Shown here one piece after another: positions 1 through 8,337 of a stretch of DNA of 32,000 nt. Within the stretch, counting starts at the first letter, position 1; each line of letters starts with the position of its first letter. Under the pieces are notes generated by a model. The model was given only the letters and a program-made list of their open reading frames with translations, had not been told where the DNA came from and did no database searches. The translations under genes were made by a program, and so were the position numbers. The stretch is from Synechococcus sp. A15-28 (GTDB lineage Bacteria; Cyanobacteriota; Cyanobacteriia; PCC-6307; Cyanobiaceae), in contig NZ_CP047931.1 in assembly GCF_014280175.1 (NCBI RefSeq), forward strand, positions 1,200,001 through 1,232,000, written 5' to 3'.

Positions 1-6
1 TCTCAG

Positions 7-1389
7 GTGCTGTTCATGCCCACGAATGCCCTGGAACTGCTGGAACTGAGTGCCGTGCGGCGGGGCCTTGAGGACGGACTGGTGGAACAGCGCAAACCAC
101 CGATTGCACCAATGGATGTGCTGCTGCAGCACCTCACGAGCCTGGCCTGCGGTCCTGGCTTTGACCCCGATCGCACCCTTGAGTCCATTCGAAGCTGCGC
201 TGCCTACAGCGATCTATCGCAGCAGGACTGGGACTGGTGCCTGCTGTTCCTGGAACAGGGCGGCGAATGCCTGACGGCGTATCCCCGTTACCGGAAACTG
301 GAATGGGATGGGGAAACAAGTCGCTACCGGATCCGAGACAAAGCGATTGCCCGGCTGCATCGGCTCAACATCGGCACGATCACGGCCGCACCGGCCATCA
401 CGGTGCGCTTTGTGCGAGGGGCCGTGCTGGGCCATGTGGAAGAGACCTTCATCAGCCAGCTGAAGCCGAAGGATGTGTTCTTTTTCTCGGGTCGGCAGCT
501 GGAATTCGTCCGCCTCCGAGACATGACGGCTTACGTGAAGGTGAGCACCCGCAAAACGCGTACCGTTCCCGCCTGGGCCGGCGGCCAGATGGCGCTGTCC
601 GACCTGCTCACCCATCACCTGCGGCTGGAGGTGGACCGTGCCAGCCGCGGTGAGCTGGACACTCCTGAACTGAAGGCGCTTGAGCCACTGTTCGAACGCC
701 AACAGGACCTGTCCGTGCTGCCGAAGATCGGCCAGCTGTTGATCGAAACCTGCACCACCCGCGAGGGCACCCACCTTTATGCCTACCCCTTTGAAGGACG
801 CTTCGTGCATGAGGGGATCGGGTTTCTCTGGGCGTCCCGTCTCACCCGATTGGAGCGAGGAACGATCACGGTTTCCGTCAACGACTACGGATTCGAGCTG
901 TTGGCTCCCAAGGGCTACCCCATGGCCGAACTGGTGGAGGATCACAGCGATCTGCTGCTGGACCGACAGAACCTCAAGCGAGATCTGCAAAACGCCTTGA
1001 ACCTCTCCGAACTGCAACGACGTCGCTTCCGCGCCATCGCCCAGATCGCCGGATTGATGAATCGCGGCTTTCCAGGGTCCAGCAAGAGCACGGGACAGCT
1101 GCAGATCAGCGCATCGCTGCTGTTTGACGTGTTCAGCCGGCATGAACCGGAGAATCGCCTGCTGCGTCAGGCCCAACGTGAAGTGCTCGAGGAACAACTC
1201 GAACTGCCGCGACTGGAGGCCGCCCTGGAGCGGGCCGCGGTCCAGGAGTGGCTGCACGTGTCAACACCCCGACCGGGTCCACTGGCGTTTCCCCTGCTGG
1301 TGGAACGACTCAACAACCGCATGAGCAATGAATCTGTCCTCGAGCGGGTTCAGCGCATGCGGGATGAAGCCCTGCGGCGGGAAGACTGA
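7..1389 (+). CDS. C-terminal part of a ligase-associated/Lhr-like DEXH box helicase (5' end lies outside the window)
   Basis: Motifs 'FVRGAVLGHVEETFISQLKPKDVFFFSGRQLEFVRLRDMTAYVKVS' and 'RTVPAWAGGQMALSDLL' match my recollection of the post-helicase region of ligase-associated DEXH helicases; frame appears open from the window edge. Confidence 0.8.
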   Translation: MLFMPTNALELLELSAVRRGLEDGLVEQRKPPIAPMDVLLQHLTSLACGPGFDPDRTLESIRSCAAYSDLSQQDWDWCLLFLEQGGECLTAYPRYRKLEWDGETSRYRIRDKAIARLHRLNIGTITAAPAITVRFVRGAVLGHVEETFISQLKPKDVFFFSGRQLEFVRLRDMTAYVKVSTRKTRTVPAWAGGQMALSDLLTHHLRLEVDRASRGELDTPELKALEPLFERQQDLSVLPKIGQLLIETCTTREGTHLYAYPFEGRFVHEGIGFLWASRLTRLERGTITVSVNDYGFELLAPKGYPMAELVEDHSDLLLDRQNLKRDLQNALNLSELQRRRFRAIAQIAGLMNRGFPGSSKSTGQLQISASLLFDVFSRHEPENRLLRQAQREVLEEQLELPRLEAALERAAVQEWLHVSTPRPGPLAFPLLVERLNNRMSNESVLERVQRMRDEALRRED

Positions 1390-1690
1390 GCCGCAATGCG
1401 TTGTTGTTCGGGTTGACGAGCATCGGAAAGTCCCGTTTAACGAATGTTCCAGGCAAGTGCTCGATGTCCGATTCAACCAGCTTCGATGTTGTCCCGACTG
1501 ACGATGGGGCTGGTTACTGGGTCACGATCTGCTCAGAGCAGCGCTGCTGCAGAGCCTTTGTCTCCTCGATGCACATGGCGGACGGTAAACGTCCACAACT
1601 GCTGAGTTGTCTGCACGACACCGGAATGGTCCATCGGTAATTGCCCGGTGCGATCAATCTGCATACTCTTGCGTAAGAGTTGCTTGGGCC

Positions 1691-2584
1691 ATGAAAACGA
1701 TCCAACTGATCGAGTTTCTAAGCACCAGCAGTGATCTCAGCGATGTTCTGAGCGATGAGGAAGTCATTGCCTTCGCTCCGAATCTGGGCCTTGAAACAGT
1801 GTCTGCAGACACGGTTTTAAGGAAAGAAGGAGAGCCGGACTGCAGCCTGCTGATCGTGGTAAGCGGAGAAGTTCGACTCAGTCACGACGGCAATGAGATC
1901 ACCAAACTCCATCCCGGGCAAATTTTTGGTGAGGGAGTGTTTTCAGAAGATGGGACCAGCTTCGAGCAGGCAACCTGCACCGTTGACAGTGTTGTTGCAC
2001 GATTGGCACTGAAGAATTTTGAAAAGTTTCTTCAAACAGATGCCAAAGCAGCACAGAAGCTGAAAGAGCACTACACGAATCTGCACCATCAACGCTTGCA
2101 CGAAGTTGAAGGGCTCAGCTTCAGGGACCAGAGAAAATTCCTGGCGCTTGTCGCTCACAACGAGATGAAACCAAGCCTGATGGAATTCGCAAAATCTCAT
2201 CAGGACAAATTGCGCAGGTTTCATCTGATTGCTACTGGAACAACAGGCATCAAGCTCTATCAGGAAACAGGATTGATGCTTTCGAAGAAGGTTGCCTCTG
2301 GCCCCCTTGGAGGGGATCAGGCGATTGGAAAAATGATTTCCGAAAGCAGCATCCTTGGAATGATCTTCTTTCGGGATCCGCTGTCTGCCCATCCCCACCA
2401 TGCCGATATCGAGGCTTTAGGACGGCTGTGTGATGTCTATCAGGTGCCCTTTGCCACGAACCCAGGTGGTGCTGCCGCCATTCTCAACCACCTGTTGGTG
2501 GATCATCCGGAGGAAGCAGTGATTCCCAATCGCGTGCTGGAGCACTACAGAAATCAGCAGAAAAAGGTTGTTTCGGCTCCATGA
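1691..2584 (+). CDS. Fusion protein: N-terminal cyclic-nucleotide-binding-like domain plus C-terminal methylglyoxal synthase (MGS) domain
   Basis: N-term 'LLIVVSGEVRLSHDGNEITKLHPGQIFGEG' is a CNB beta-roll signature; C-term 'LVAHNEMKP...HLIATGTTG...SGPLGGDQAIGKMISES...MIFFRDPLSAHPHHADIEALGRLCDVYQVPFATN' matches the MgsA family. Likely start ATG 1691, inside listed ORF 1607..2584. Confidence 0.85.
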   Translation: MKTIQLIEFLSTSSDLSDVLSDEEVIAFAPNLGLETVSADTVLRKEGEPDCSLLIVVSGEVRLSHDGNEITKLHPGQIFGEGVFSEDGTSFEQATCTVDSVVARLALKNFEKFLQTDAKAAQKLKEHYTNLHHQRLHEVEGLSFRDQRKFLALVAHNEMKPSLMEFAKSHQDKLRRFHLIATGTTGIKLYQETGLMLSKKVASGPLGGDQAIGKMISESSILGMIFFRDPLSAHPHHADIEALGRLCDVYQVPFATNPGGAAAILNHLLVDHPEEAVIPNRVLEHYRNQQKKVVSAP

Positions 2585-3765
2585 GCAACTCCTGGGTCAA
2601 TTTCATTGGCCTTTATCTGCGGATTGGACTTCTCGGTTTTGGTGGACCCCAGGCCCACATCGCCATGCTTCGGGACGAGGTCGTCAACACCCGTGGCTGG
2701 GTTGATGGCAACCGCTTTGATGAAGGTCTGGGACTCTGTGAAGCACTCCCCGGTCCAGCCTCCAGCCAGATGGCGATCTACCTGGGCTGGCTGCAGCGTG
2801 GCTGGATCGGGGGCCTGATCAGCGGCATTTGTTTTCTGCTGCCGGGGCTGTTGATCGTGCTGGGCCTGAGTGAGCTCTGGCGCAATGGACAGTCGATCCC
2901 GAGTTTCACCACCGCGCTGCAGACCCTGCAACCGGTGATCGCGGCCATCATCTGGGCCTTTGCCTGGAAGCTCATGGGCAGCCGCCGAGCTGGATGGCAA
3001 CGCGTCACCGCTGTCCTGGTGATGCTGGGGGGACTGATCAACGCATTCACGCCACTGACCCTGCCCGCGGGACTGTTGCTGTTGCTGGCCGGTCTGAGCC
3101 GATGGTTGAGTTCTCAACCGCCACCAGCACCCACGCCACCTTCGGCAGGCAATACTGGGTTGCTGACACCGATCCCCCTGGCCACAGCTCCCCTGCTGGT
3201 GAGCTCATGGGGCTTGCTAGGCCAGCTGTTCGCCGTGTTTTTCAAAACTGGCTTGCTGGTGTTCGGCGGGGGATTGGTGATCATCCCCTTGCTTGAGCAG
3301 CAGGTGGTGACCCTGGGCTGGCTCAACTCCGCCCAGTTCCTCGATGGCGTCGCCATCGGTCAGATTTCACCGGGTCCCGTTGTGCTCACCAGTGCATTCG
3401 TCGGTTATCAGGCCGGCTGGCAGGAGGGGGGAGGCAGCTACGCCGTCCTGGCGGCCTGTGTGGCAACGGCTGCCATTTTTCTTCCCAGCTTCCTGTTCAT
3501 CCTGGCGGGATCGCCTGTCCTGCAACGGTTGCGCCATCAACCCGCAGTGAAGACGGTGCTGAGTGGGGTGCTGGCAGGGGTGCCTGGAGCCGTGGCGGGG
3601 GCAGCTCTCCCACTGACGTTGACGGCTGTGGGGAACGGAGTGATGGGGTTACAGCTGCTGTTGTTCAGCCTGGCCCTTTGGCTGAGCGTGACCGGACGCA
3701 TGAAACCGCTTCCCCTCATTGGCGCATCCCTGATGATCGGGCTGTTGCTGGAGTGGCTGGGCTGA
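2581..3765 (+). CDS. chrA: Chromate transporter family protein, long two-domain (CHR-CHR) form
   Basis: 'FIGLYLRIGLLGFGGPQAHIAMLRDEVV..RGWVD' and second repeat 'FFKTGLLVFGGGLVIIPLLEQQVV..GWL...FLDGVAIGQISPGPVVLTSAFVGYQ'; overlaps the preceding stop codon (ATGA). Confidence 0.9.
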   Translation: MSNSWVNFIGLYLRIGLLGFGGPQAHIAMLRDEVVNTRGWVDGNRFDEGLGLCEALPGPASSQMAIYLGWLQRGWIGGLISGICFLLPGLLIVLGLSELWRNGQSIPSFTTALQTLQPVIAAIIWAFAWKLMGSRRAGWQRVTAVLVMLGGLINAFTPLTLPAGLLLLLAGLSRWLSSQPPPAPTPPSAGNTGLLTPIPLATAPLLVSSWGLLGQLFAVFFKTGLLVFGGGLVIIPLLEQQVVTLGWLNSAQFLDGVAIGQISPGPVVLTSAFVGYQAGWQEGGGSYAVLAACVATAAIFLPSFLFILAGSPVLQRLRHQPAVKTVLSGVLAGVPGAVAGAALPLTLTAVGNGVMGLQLLLFSLALWLSVTGRMKPLPLIGASLMIGLLLEWLG

Positions 3766-3766
3766 G

Positions 3767-4303
3767 ATGAAGCTGTTCCTGGTGGTGCTGGGGGGGCGTT
3801 GTCGTGGCTGCCACACCGAACAGCACGACGTGCGATGGGTGGTGGGAGACACGATCGAAGACACATACCCCCAGTTGATCAAGCAATGGATCGGACTGCG
3901 GCGCGGACTTCACCTCGACAGTTATCGCGCCGTTGAACGCGTCGACAACCACAGGGTGGAGGTGGTCCCGGGTGCTGCTGCCTTGAAGCAGACGACTCCA
4001 GATCTCCAACTCTGGTTCGTCAATCTCGGGGCTTACGACCCAACCTCGATGGCGGAGCGCCATCACTTCGGGCTGGTGGTGGCACGATCCACAGCTGCCG
4101 CCAAGGCGTCAGCCAAGCGTCGGTGGCTCAAGGGACTGGAGCAGATCCACAAGGACGATCTGCATGGCGTGATGCAGGAGCCGGAGCTCGACGACCTGTT
4201 ACCCATTGATGGCAACGGGCAATGGCATCTACAGCTGACGCCCCTGAATGAGGGCGTGGATCCGCCGGACAGTCCCGATTGGTACGGCTACGGCTTGATC
4301 TGA
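3767..4303 (+). CDS. DUF1543-like hypothetical protein
   Basis: 'MKLFLVVLGGRCRGCHTEQHDVRWVVG.TIEDTYPQLIKQW' resembles the DUF1543 N-terminus. Confidence 0.65.
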   Translation: MKLFLVVLGGRCRGCHTEQHDVRWVVGDTIEDTYPQLIKQWIGLRRGLHLDSYRAVERVDNHRVEVVPGAAALKQTTPDLQLWFVNLGAYDPTSMAERHHFGLVVARSTAAAKASAKRRWLKGLEQIHKDDLHGVMQEPELDDLLPIDGNGQWHLQLTPLNEGVDPPDSPDWYGYGLI

Positions 4304-4323
4304 AGCCAGGTCACGCTTCGAGC

Positions 4324-4512
4324 TCAACGGCCACCCGTGTAACTGACATTCAATTCTTCTCCACAATTCATGAGGAACGCCACCTCCGCCCGGTCAGAGA
4401 GGAACATGCAGGTGGTTGCCCCATTCATCTCCTGATAGCAGTAGACATCCATGCCTTCCGAGGGAAGGGGCGAGGTCACAACCTGGCCGTCACGAAGGAT
4501 ATAGCGATTCAA
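4324..4512 (-). CDS. Small hypothetical protein (62 aa)
   Basis: Intact ORF, MNRYILRDGQVVTSPLPSEGMDVYCYQEMNG..., in an otherwise empty gap. Confidence 0.45.
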   Translation of the reverse strand: MNRYILRDGQVVTSPLPSEGMDVYCYQEMNGATTCMFLSDRAEVAFLMNCGEELNVSYTGGR

Positions 4513-4632
4513 GAGCGTGTCCCGTGTTGTCTTCTGCTAATCGAGCTGGATTGACCGGGCCACAAATGTGTCGATCACAAGAAACGGCAGAGGGCTGAAA
4601 CGGGCTAGAACGATGCAGTCGATGGGAACAAC

Positions 4633-4815
4633 ATGTTTCAGAAATTTCCGGCGCTGCGGAGTGTGTCGATCTACATGGTGCTGAGTTACATCGCCTTGAC
4701 CCTGGTCAACAACAGCCCCCTCGATCTGGACAACATGTGGGTGGTTTACCTGCCGATGTTCATCACGGTGTATGTCTTTTCGCGTTGGCTGGACAGCCGC
4801 TTCAACCAGTCATGA
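4633..4815 (+). CDS. Small membrane-associated hypothetical protein (60 aa)
   Basis: Two hydrophobic stretches; stop overlaps the next ATG at 4812 (ATGA). Confidence 0.55.
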   Translation: MFQKFPALRSVSIYMVLSYIALTLVNNSPLDLDNMWVVYLPMFITVYVFSRWLDSRFNQS

Positions 4816-5078
4816 CCCGGGAGCAACTTCAGCCGCTGCAGGAGCACGACAAAGAGGAATGGCGACAATTCCTGCTCGAGCAGCTGATCGGTTTTCTTGA
4901 ACACAACCGAGATCAGATCCTCACGGACTACGAAAACTCAGGTTTGACCAAGCTCGACCGTGAAGCCATCGAAGCCCATGGACTCCTTGATTTCGATCTG
5001 TCCATCACCCTTCATCAGGACAAGAGCCACGGGTTCGGTTTGGGGTTGGGATTTTTCAAGGCCAATCTGATCCGTTGA
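4812..5078 (+). CDS. Hypothetical protein (88 aa)
   Basis: MTREQLQPLQEHDKEEWRQFLLEQLIGFLEHNRDQILTDYENSGL...; start overlaps the upstream stop. The listed ORF 4737..5078 is the same frame with an earlier ATG. Confidence 0.55.
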   Translation: MTREQLQPLQEHDKEEWRQFLLEQLIGFLEHNRDQILTDYENSGLTKLDREAIEAHGLLDFDLSITLHQDKSHGFGLGLGFFKANLIR

Positions 5079-5161
5079 CAGCAGCGCCTTGCCATCAAAA
5101 TGTGAAGACCGATTGACGGGCCTGGATCGCTTCCTAACGTTTGATCAATCGCAGATTGAAC

Positions 5162-5305
5162 ATGCGGGACGGGATTCTGGATGAACTCATTCAGATGGAT
5201 ACGTGGGATTGGTGGAAAGCTTTGATCTATGAACTGAGAGAACGAAAGGAATACGCGGAAGCCGAGGCTGTGTTCAACGAATTCAAACTAAGTGAGCGCA
5301 AATAA
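5162..5305 (+). CDS. Putative microprotein (47 aa)
   Basis: ATG 5162 to TAA 5305 encodes MRDGILDELIQMDTWDWWKALIYELRERKEYAEAEAVFNEFKLSERK; not in the supplied track (below length cutoff). Confidence 0.4.
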   Translation: MRDGILDELIQMDTWDWWKALIYELRERKEYAEAEAVFNEFKLSERK

Positions 5306-5573
5306 ATACCACTCTTGGTGTTTCGCAGTGACCGTCGGATTGATCACAGCAGGTCCTGCGCATGCCATGACGGAGTGCGAATTCATCCAACGAACCATGA
5401 ATAAGTTGGGATCACGCATGTCGATCCTGCGCTTGAGAATTGCCTCAGCCGATGATCCTGCAGTTCAGGAAGCAGCCAGCGAACAACTCCGAAGTGACAC
5501 GGATGACTACAGGCTGGCAAAAAAGCAATATGAACGCTCCGATTGTGGAGACGATCGCTGGAGTCGCGACTAA
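5292..5573 (+). CDS. Small secreted hypothetical protein (93 aa, GTG start)
   Basis: Signal-peptide-like N-terminus 'FAVTVGLITAGPAHA|MTECEF', followed by a short helical region. Confidence 0.5.
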   Translation: MSANKYHSWCFAVTVGLITAGPAHAMTECEFIQRTMNKLGSRMSILRLRIASADDPAVQEAASEQLRSDTDDYRLAKKQYERSDCGDDRWSRD

Positions 5574-5812
5574 CGGGTCGCGATGGATTCCTTCACCTCA
5601 ACCGGTTGAATCGCTTCAACAAGCTCAAACTCTTTCGTCGATACCTCCAGCTGCGGCAGCGGTGATGATGTCGCCTCAAGGGACGTCACAAGCGACTCGA
5701 GCGTGGCGACGGCTGCCTTGAGCAGAGGGAACAGGACACGTTCACCCAAAGCAACGGCCGCACCCAAGACAACAACACTGGTGTCAATAACAGGATTTTT
5801 CAATCTTGCCAC
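5570..5812 (-). CDS. Hypothetical protein (80 aa)
   Basis: MARLKNPVIDTSVVVLGAAVALGERVLFPLLKAAVATLESLVTS...; protein-like hydrophobic/charged composition. Confidence 0.35.
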   Translation of the reverse strand: MARLKNPVIDTSVVVLGAAVALGERVLFPLLKAAVATLESLVTSLEATSSPLPQLEVSTKEFELVEAIQPVEVKESIATR

Positions 5813-6353
5813 GGCTCAATCTCAACGATTGAGCCATTATACGAGATTTATTCAGGAATCATCGCCTCAGAAACAACCCGATTCGCTTGTGTTCATTTCG
5901 TGTAAGAAACGCCGCGGTACGTCAACACGATCGCGTTGGATGCCAACGCATTGAGGGCATCTAGCCTGCGAGCCTGATAAAAACTTGCCCTGATAACGCA
6001 GTTGAATATCAGGTTTTACCTGAAGGTCAGAGGACTTGATATAGGTATTACCGAGAAAATTCAGTTGCATGCAGAAAAATGAAGCCCGCAAATCATCGGC
6101 CCACTCAATGCAAAAAACAAGGTTCGCCGGACACGTCAACTTGGAAACAACATAAAAGTGTTCATCAAGGAACCAAAAATCCGTACGGCTGCGAACATTT
6201 CCTCAAAAAACACGGGATACGAATCAAATCCCCTCCAGTTGACTCACCTGGTTGGGCGTTGATCAAACCTGGATTTTAGAATCTCACTGCGTGACTCCTG
6301 TTTGACAGGGCAGGACCAGGGCCCTGAAGATCAAAGCGCTTCAACTGTTTTGG

Positions 6354-6446
6354 ATGGACACCCAGTCCCTGGTCACCATCGCCACACCATTTCTGGTGTT
6401 TGGCGGAGTCTTTGCCGTGCTGTTGCTGGTCTGGGATCGCGACTGA
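6354..6446 (+). CDS. Single-pass membrane microprotein (30 aa)
   Basis: MDTQSLVTIATPFLVFGGVFAVLLLVWDRD*; read manually, not in the ORF track. Confidence 0.45.
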   Translation: MDTQSLVTIATPFLVFGGVFAVLLLVWDRD

Positions 6447-6449
6447 TCG

Positions 6450-6545
6450 ATGTGGACCCCCTACGCGGACTGGATTTACACCGTGGTCAGCCTCAGTGGC
6501 CTGCTCCTGATCTGCTGGTTGGTGCTGGTCCGTTCTGCCCGCTGA
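6450..6545 (+). CDS. Single-pass membrane microprotein (31 aa)
   Basis: MWTPYADWIYTVVSLSGLLLICWLVLVRSAR*; starts 4 nt after the previous stop. Confidence 0.45.
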   Translation: MWTPYADWIYTVVSLSGLLLICWLVLVRSAR

Positions 6546-6546
6546 A

Positions 6547-6984
6547 TCAACCGACGATCGCTTCCATCTCAGGCTCCAGGAGCACATCGCGGGCGTTGTT
6601 GTAACGCGTCATCATCTCTGGATCACCGCCCTTGTCGGGGTGATGCTTCACCGCAAGCAGCTTGTGAGCGCGCTTCACCTGCTGTTCTGTCAATCGGCCG
6701 GTGAGAGGCAATCCAAGGCTCTGACGGGCCTTGATGGCCTCGATGTCAGGGTCGCGGCCCATCGGGCACTGTTCGCGGCGATGGTTGGCTTTGCCAGGCT
6801 TGCACTTGGCGGCCTTCTTACCGGCTGAACCGATGCCACCACCGAATCCGCCGCTAGCACCACCGAACCCAGACGTTTTCGCCACCGAAGGACTCTCCAC
6901 CAAGGGCGCCACAATGACTGATCGCGGGTCCCGGCTTCGGTGATCTGCGTGACCCCGTGCTTTGACAACCACCAGAGTGACCAT
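6547..6984 (-). CDS. Small DnaJ (J-domain) protein; true start probably internal, near 6920
   Basis: 'LTEQQVKRAHKLLAVKHHPDKGGDPEMMTRYNNARDVLL' contains the HPD motif of J-domains; the 5' part of the ORF overlaps the next gene, so the start is uncertain. Confidence 0.75.
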   Translation of the reverse strand: MVTLVVVKARGHADHRSRDPRSVIVAPLVESPSVAKTSGFGGASGGFGGGIGSAGKKAAKCKPGKANHRREQCPMGRDPDIEAIKARQSLGLPLTGRLTEQQVKRAHKLLAVKHHPDKGGDPEMMTRYNNARDVLLEPEMEAIVG

Positions 6985-7450
6985 GGAGCGTGTCCGCGAC
7001 TACCCCCGACCACCTCGGTTGGAAGCCTGCCAGGACCACGTTCGTGTGGAGGTTCTCGGCGAAGTCCTGGCGGAGACCCGGAGCAGTCTGCGGGTGCTGG
7101 AAACCTTCCATCCACCCACCTATTACCTGCCTCCGGAAGCCATGAACTCCGGGTTGCTGGTGCCCGCCGCGGGGCGACCTTCGTTCTGTGAGTGGAAGGG
7201 AGTGGCGAGCTATTTCGACGTGGTGGTGGGAGACCAACGACTCTCCCGGCCGGTGTGGACCTACAACAGCCCCAGTGAACGTTTTCGGGAACTGGCCGGT
7301 TGGTACGCCCTCTACCCCGGCCTGATGGATTCCTGCTGGGTGAATGGTGAACGGGTGGTGCCCCAGCAGGGAGGGTTTTACGGCGGTTGGATCACGTCCC
7401 AGGTGGAAGGCCCCTTCAAAGGGGATCCAAACCATCCTGAACTGATCTGA
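6983..7450 (+). CDS. DUF427 domain protein
   Basis: 'RVEVLGEVLAETRSSLRVLETFHPPTYYLPPEAMNSGLL..SFCEWKGVASYFDV' matches the DUF427 pattern; ATG at 6983 (MERVRDY) within ORF 6962..7450. Confidence 0.75.
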   Translation: MERVRDYPRPPRLEACQDHVRVEVLGEVLAETRSSLRVLETFHPPTYYLPPEAMNSGLLVPAAGRPSFCEWKGVASYFDVVVGDQRLSRPVWTYNSPSERFRELAGWYALYPGLMDSCWVNGERVVPQQGGFYGGWITSQVEGPFKGDPNHPELI

Positions 7451-7455
7451 TCAGA

Positions 7456-8112
7456 TCAGCCCAGGGGCTTGGTGGCCACCACCGCAAAGAACGGATCACC
7501 CTTTCCGCCGAGCAGTCCCATGACTCCCTCTCCGCGGGTCTGTTCCGCCACGATCTCCGGCTTGGGCCAGCCCTGGGCCATCAGCACCGAAGCCACATAC
7601 GTGAGGTGATCACGGTCGTCACCATCGGTCCAGACCTGTGGGGCCTTGGTGAAGAACATGCGGTTGCTGAAAGCCACGATCACCTGGCCTCGGGGACGGG
7701 TGATCCGCAGGAGTTCAGCCGCAATGGCCTCAGGCTGCTGCAGGTACTGCCAGCCGGCCACGATCAAGGTGCAGTCGACACTGTCGTTGTCGAGGGGCAG
7801 CACCTGATCGCGGTTGAGGTTCTGCACCCAGTGACGATCCAGGCTCGGATTGGCCGCCAGCTCCTCGTCATTAAGCCCATGGCCCAAAACGGTGTCATAG
7901 GCGATGTCCTCTGGCAGATGACTGACCCAGCTGCTCATCAGGTCCAACACCTCAGCGCAGGGGGGGATCCGCTCCCGGTAGAGCTGCGTCAAGCGAGCCC
8001 GGAAGCCGGCATCGAGGTGATGGACGAAGCGTGGCTCGCTGTAGAAAAGCGCGTCATCGCTGCCATCCAGCTTGTAGCGCTGGGATTCCTGAAGAACTCT
8101 AACGGCCGGCAT
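7456..8112 (-). CDS. SAM-dependent methyltransferase-like protein
   Basis: 'IPPCAEVLDLMSSWVSHLP...VLGHGLNDEELAAN...LPLDNDSVDCTLIVAGWQYLQQPEAIAAELLRITRPRGQVIVAFSNRMF'. Confidence 0.75.
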   Translation of the reverse strand: MPAVRVLQESQRYKLDGSDDALFYSEPRFVHHLDAGFRARLTQLYRERIPPCAEVLDLMSSWVSHLPEDIAYDTVLGHGLNDEELAANPSLDRHWVQNLNRDQVLPLDNDSVDCTLIVAGWQYLQQPEAIAAELLRITRPRGQVIVAFSNRMFFTKAPQVWTDGDDRDHLTYVASVLMAQGWPKPEIVAEQTRGEGVMGLLGGKGDPFFAVVATKPLG

Positions 8113-8115
8113 GGC

Positions 8116-8337
8116 TCAACCCAGCTCCAGATACCAACGCACCACGCCGGTCAGTTGTCCGACGATGCCCTGGCCGGTAAGCAGTTCCCCAAGCACCGCA
8201 GCCGCGAAACCGACCATCGCGGCACGTCCGTTGAGTCCCTCGACAAAGGTCAGCGCCGACTGATTCCAGGGGCGTGCCGTGGTGAGCGACTCTCCGAAGC
8301 GCTCGGGTTGCTCGTACTGAAAAGCCGGCCGCGTCAT
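8116..8337 (-). CDS. hli: High-light-inducible (HLIP) / chlorophyll a/b-binding-like protein
   Basis: 'VEGLNGRAAMVGFAAAVLGELLTGQGIVGQL' is the HLIP ExxNGRxAMxGF signature. Confidence 0.9.
   Translation of the reverse strand: MTRPAFQYEQPERFGESLTTARPWNQSALTFVEGLNGRAAMVGFAAAVLGELLTGQGIVGQLTGVVRWYLELG

Noticed and set aside
214-1257. 347-aa minus-strand ORF opposite the helicase
   Set aside because: Antisense shadow ORF; the plus strand has clear helicase-family motifs.
5867-6139. 90-aa minus-strand ORF and 66-aa plus-strand ORF 6079..6279 in the non-coding gap
   Set aside because: No protein-like composition or start context that distinguishes them from chance; the gap is better considered non-coding.
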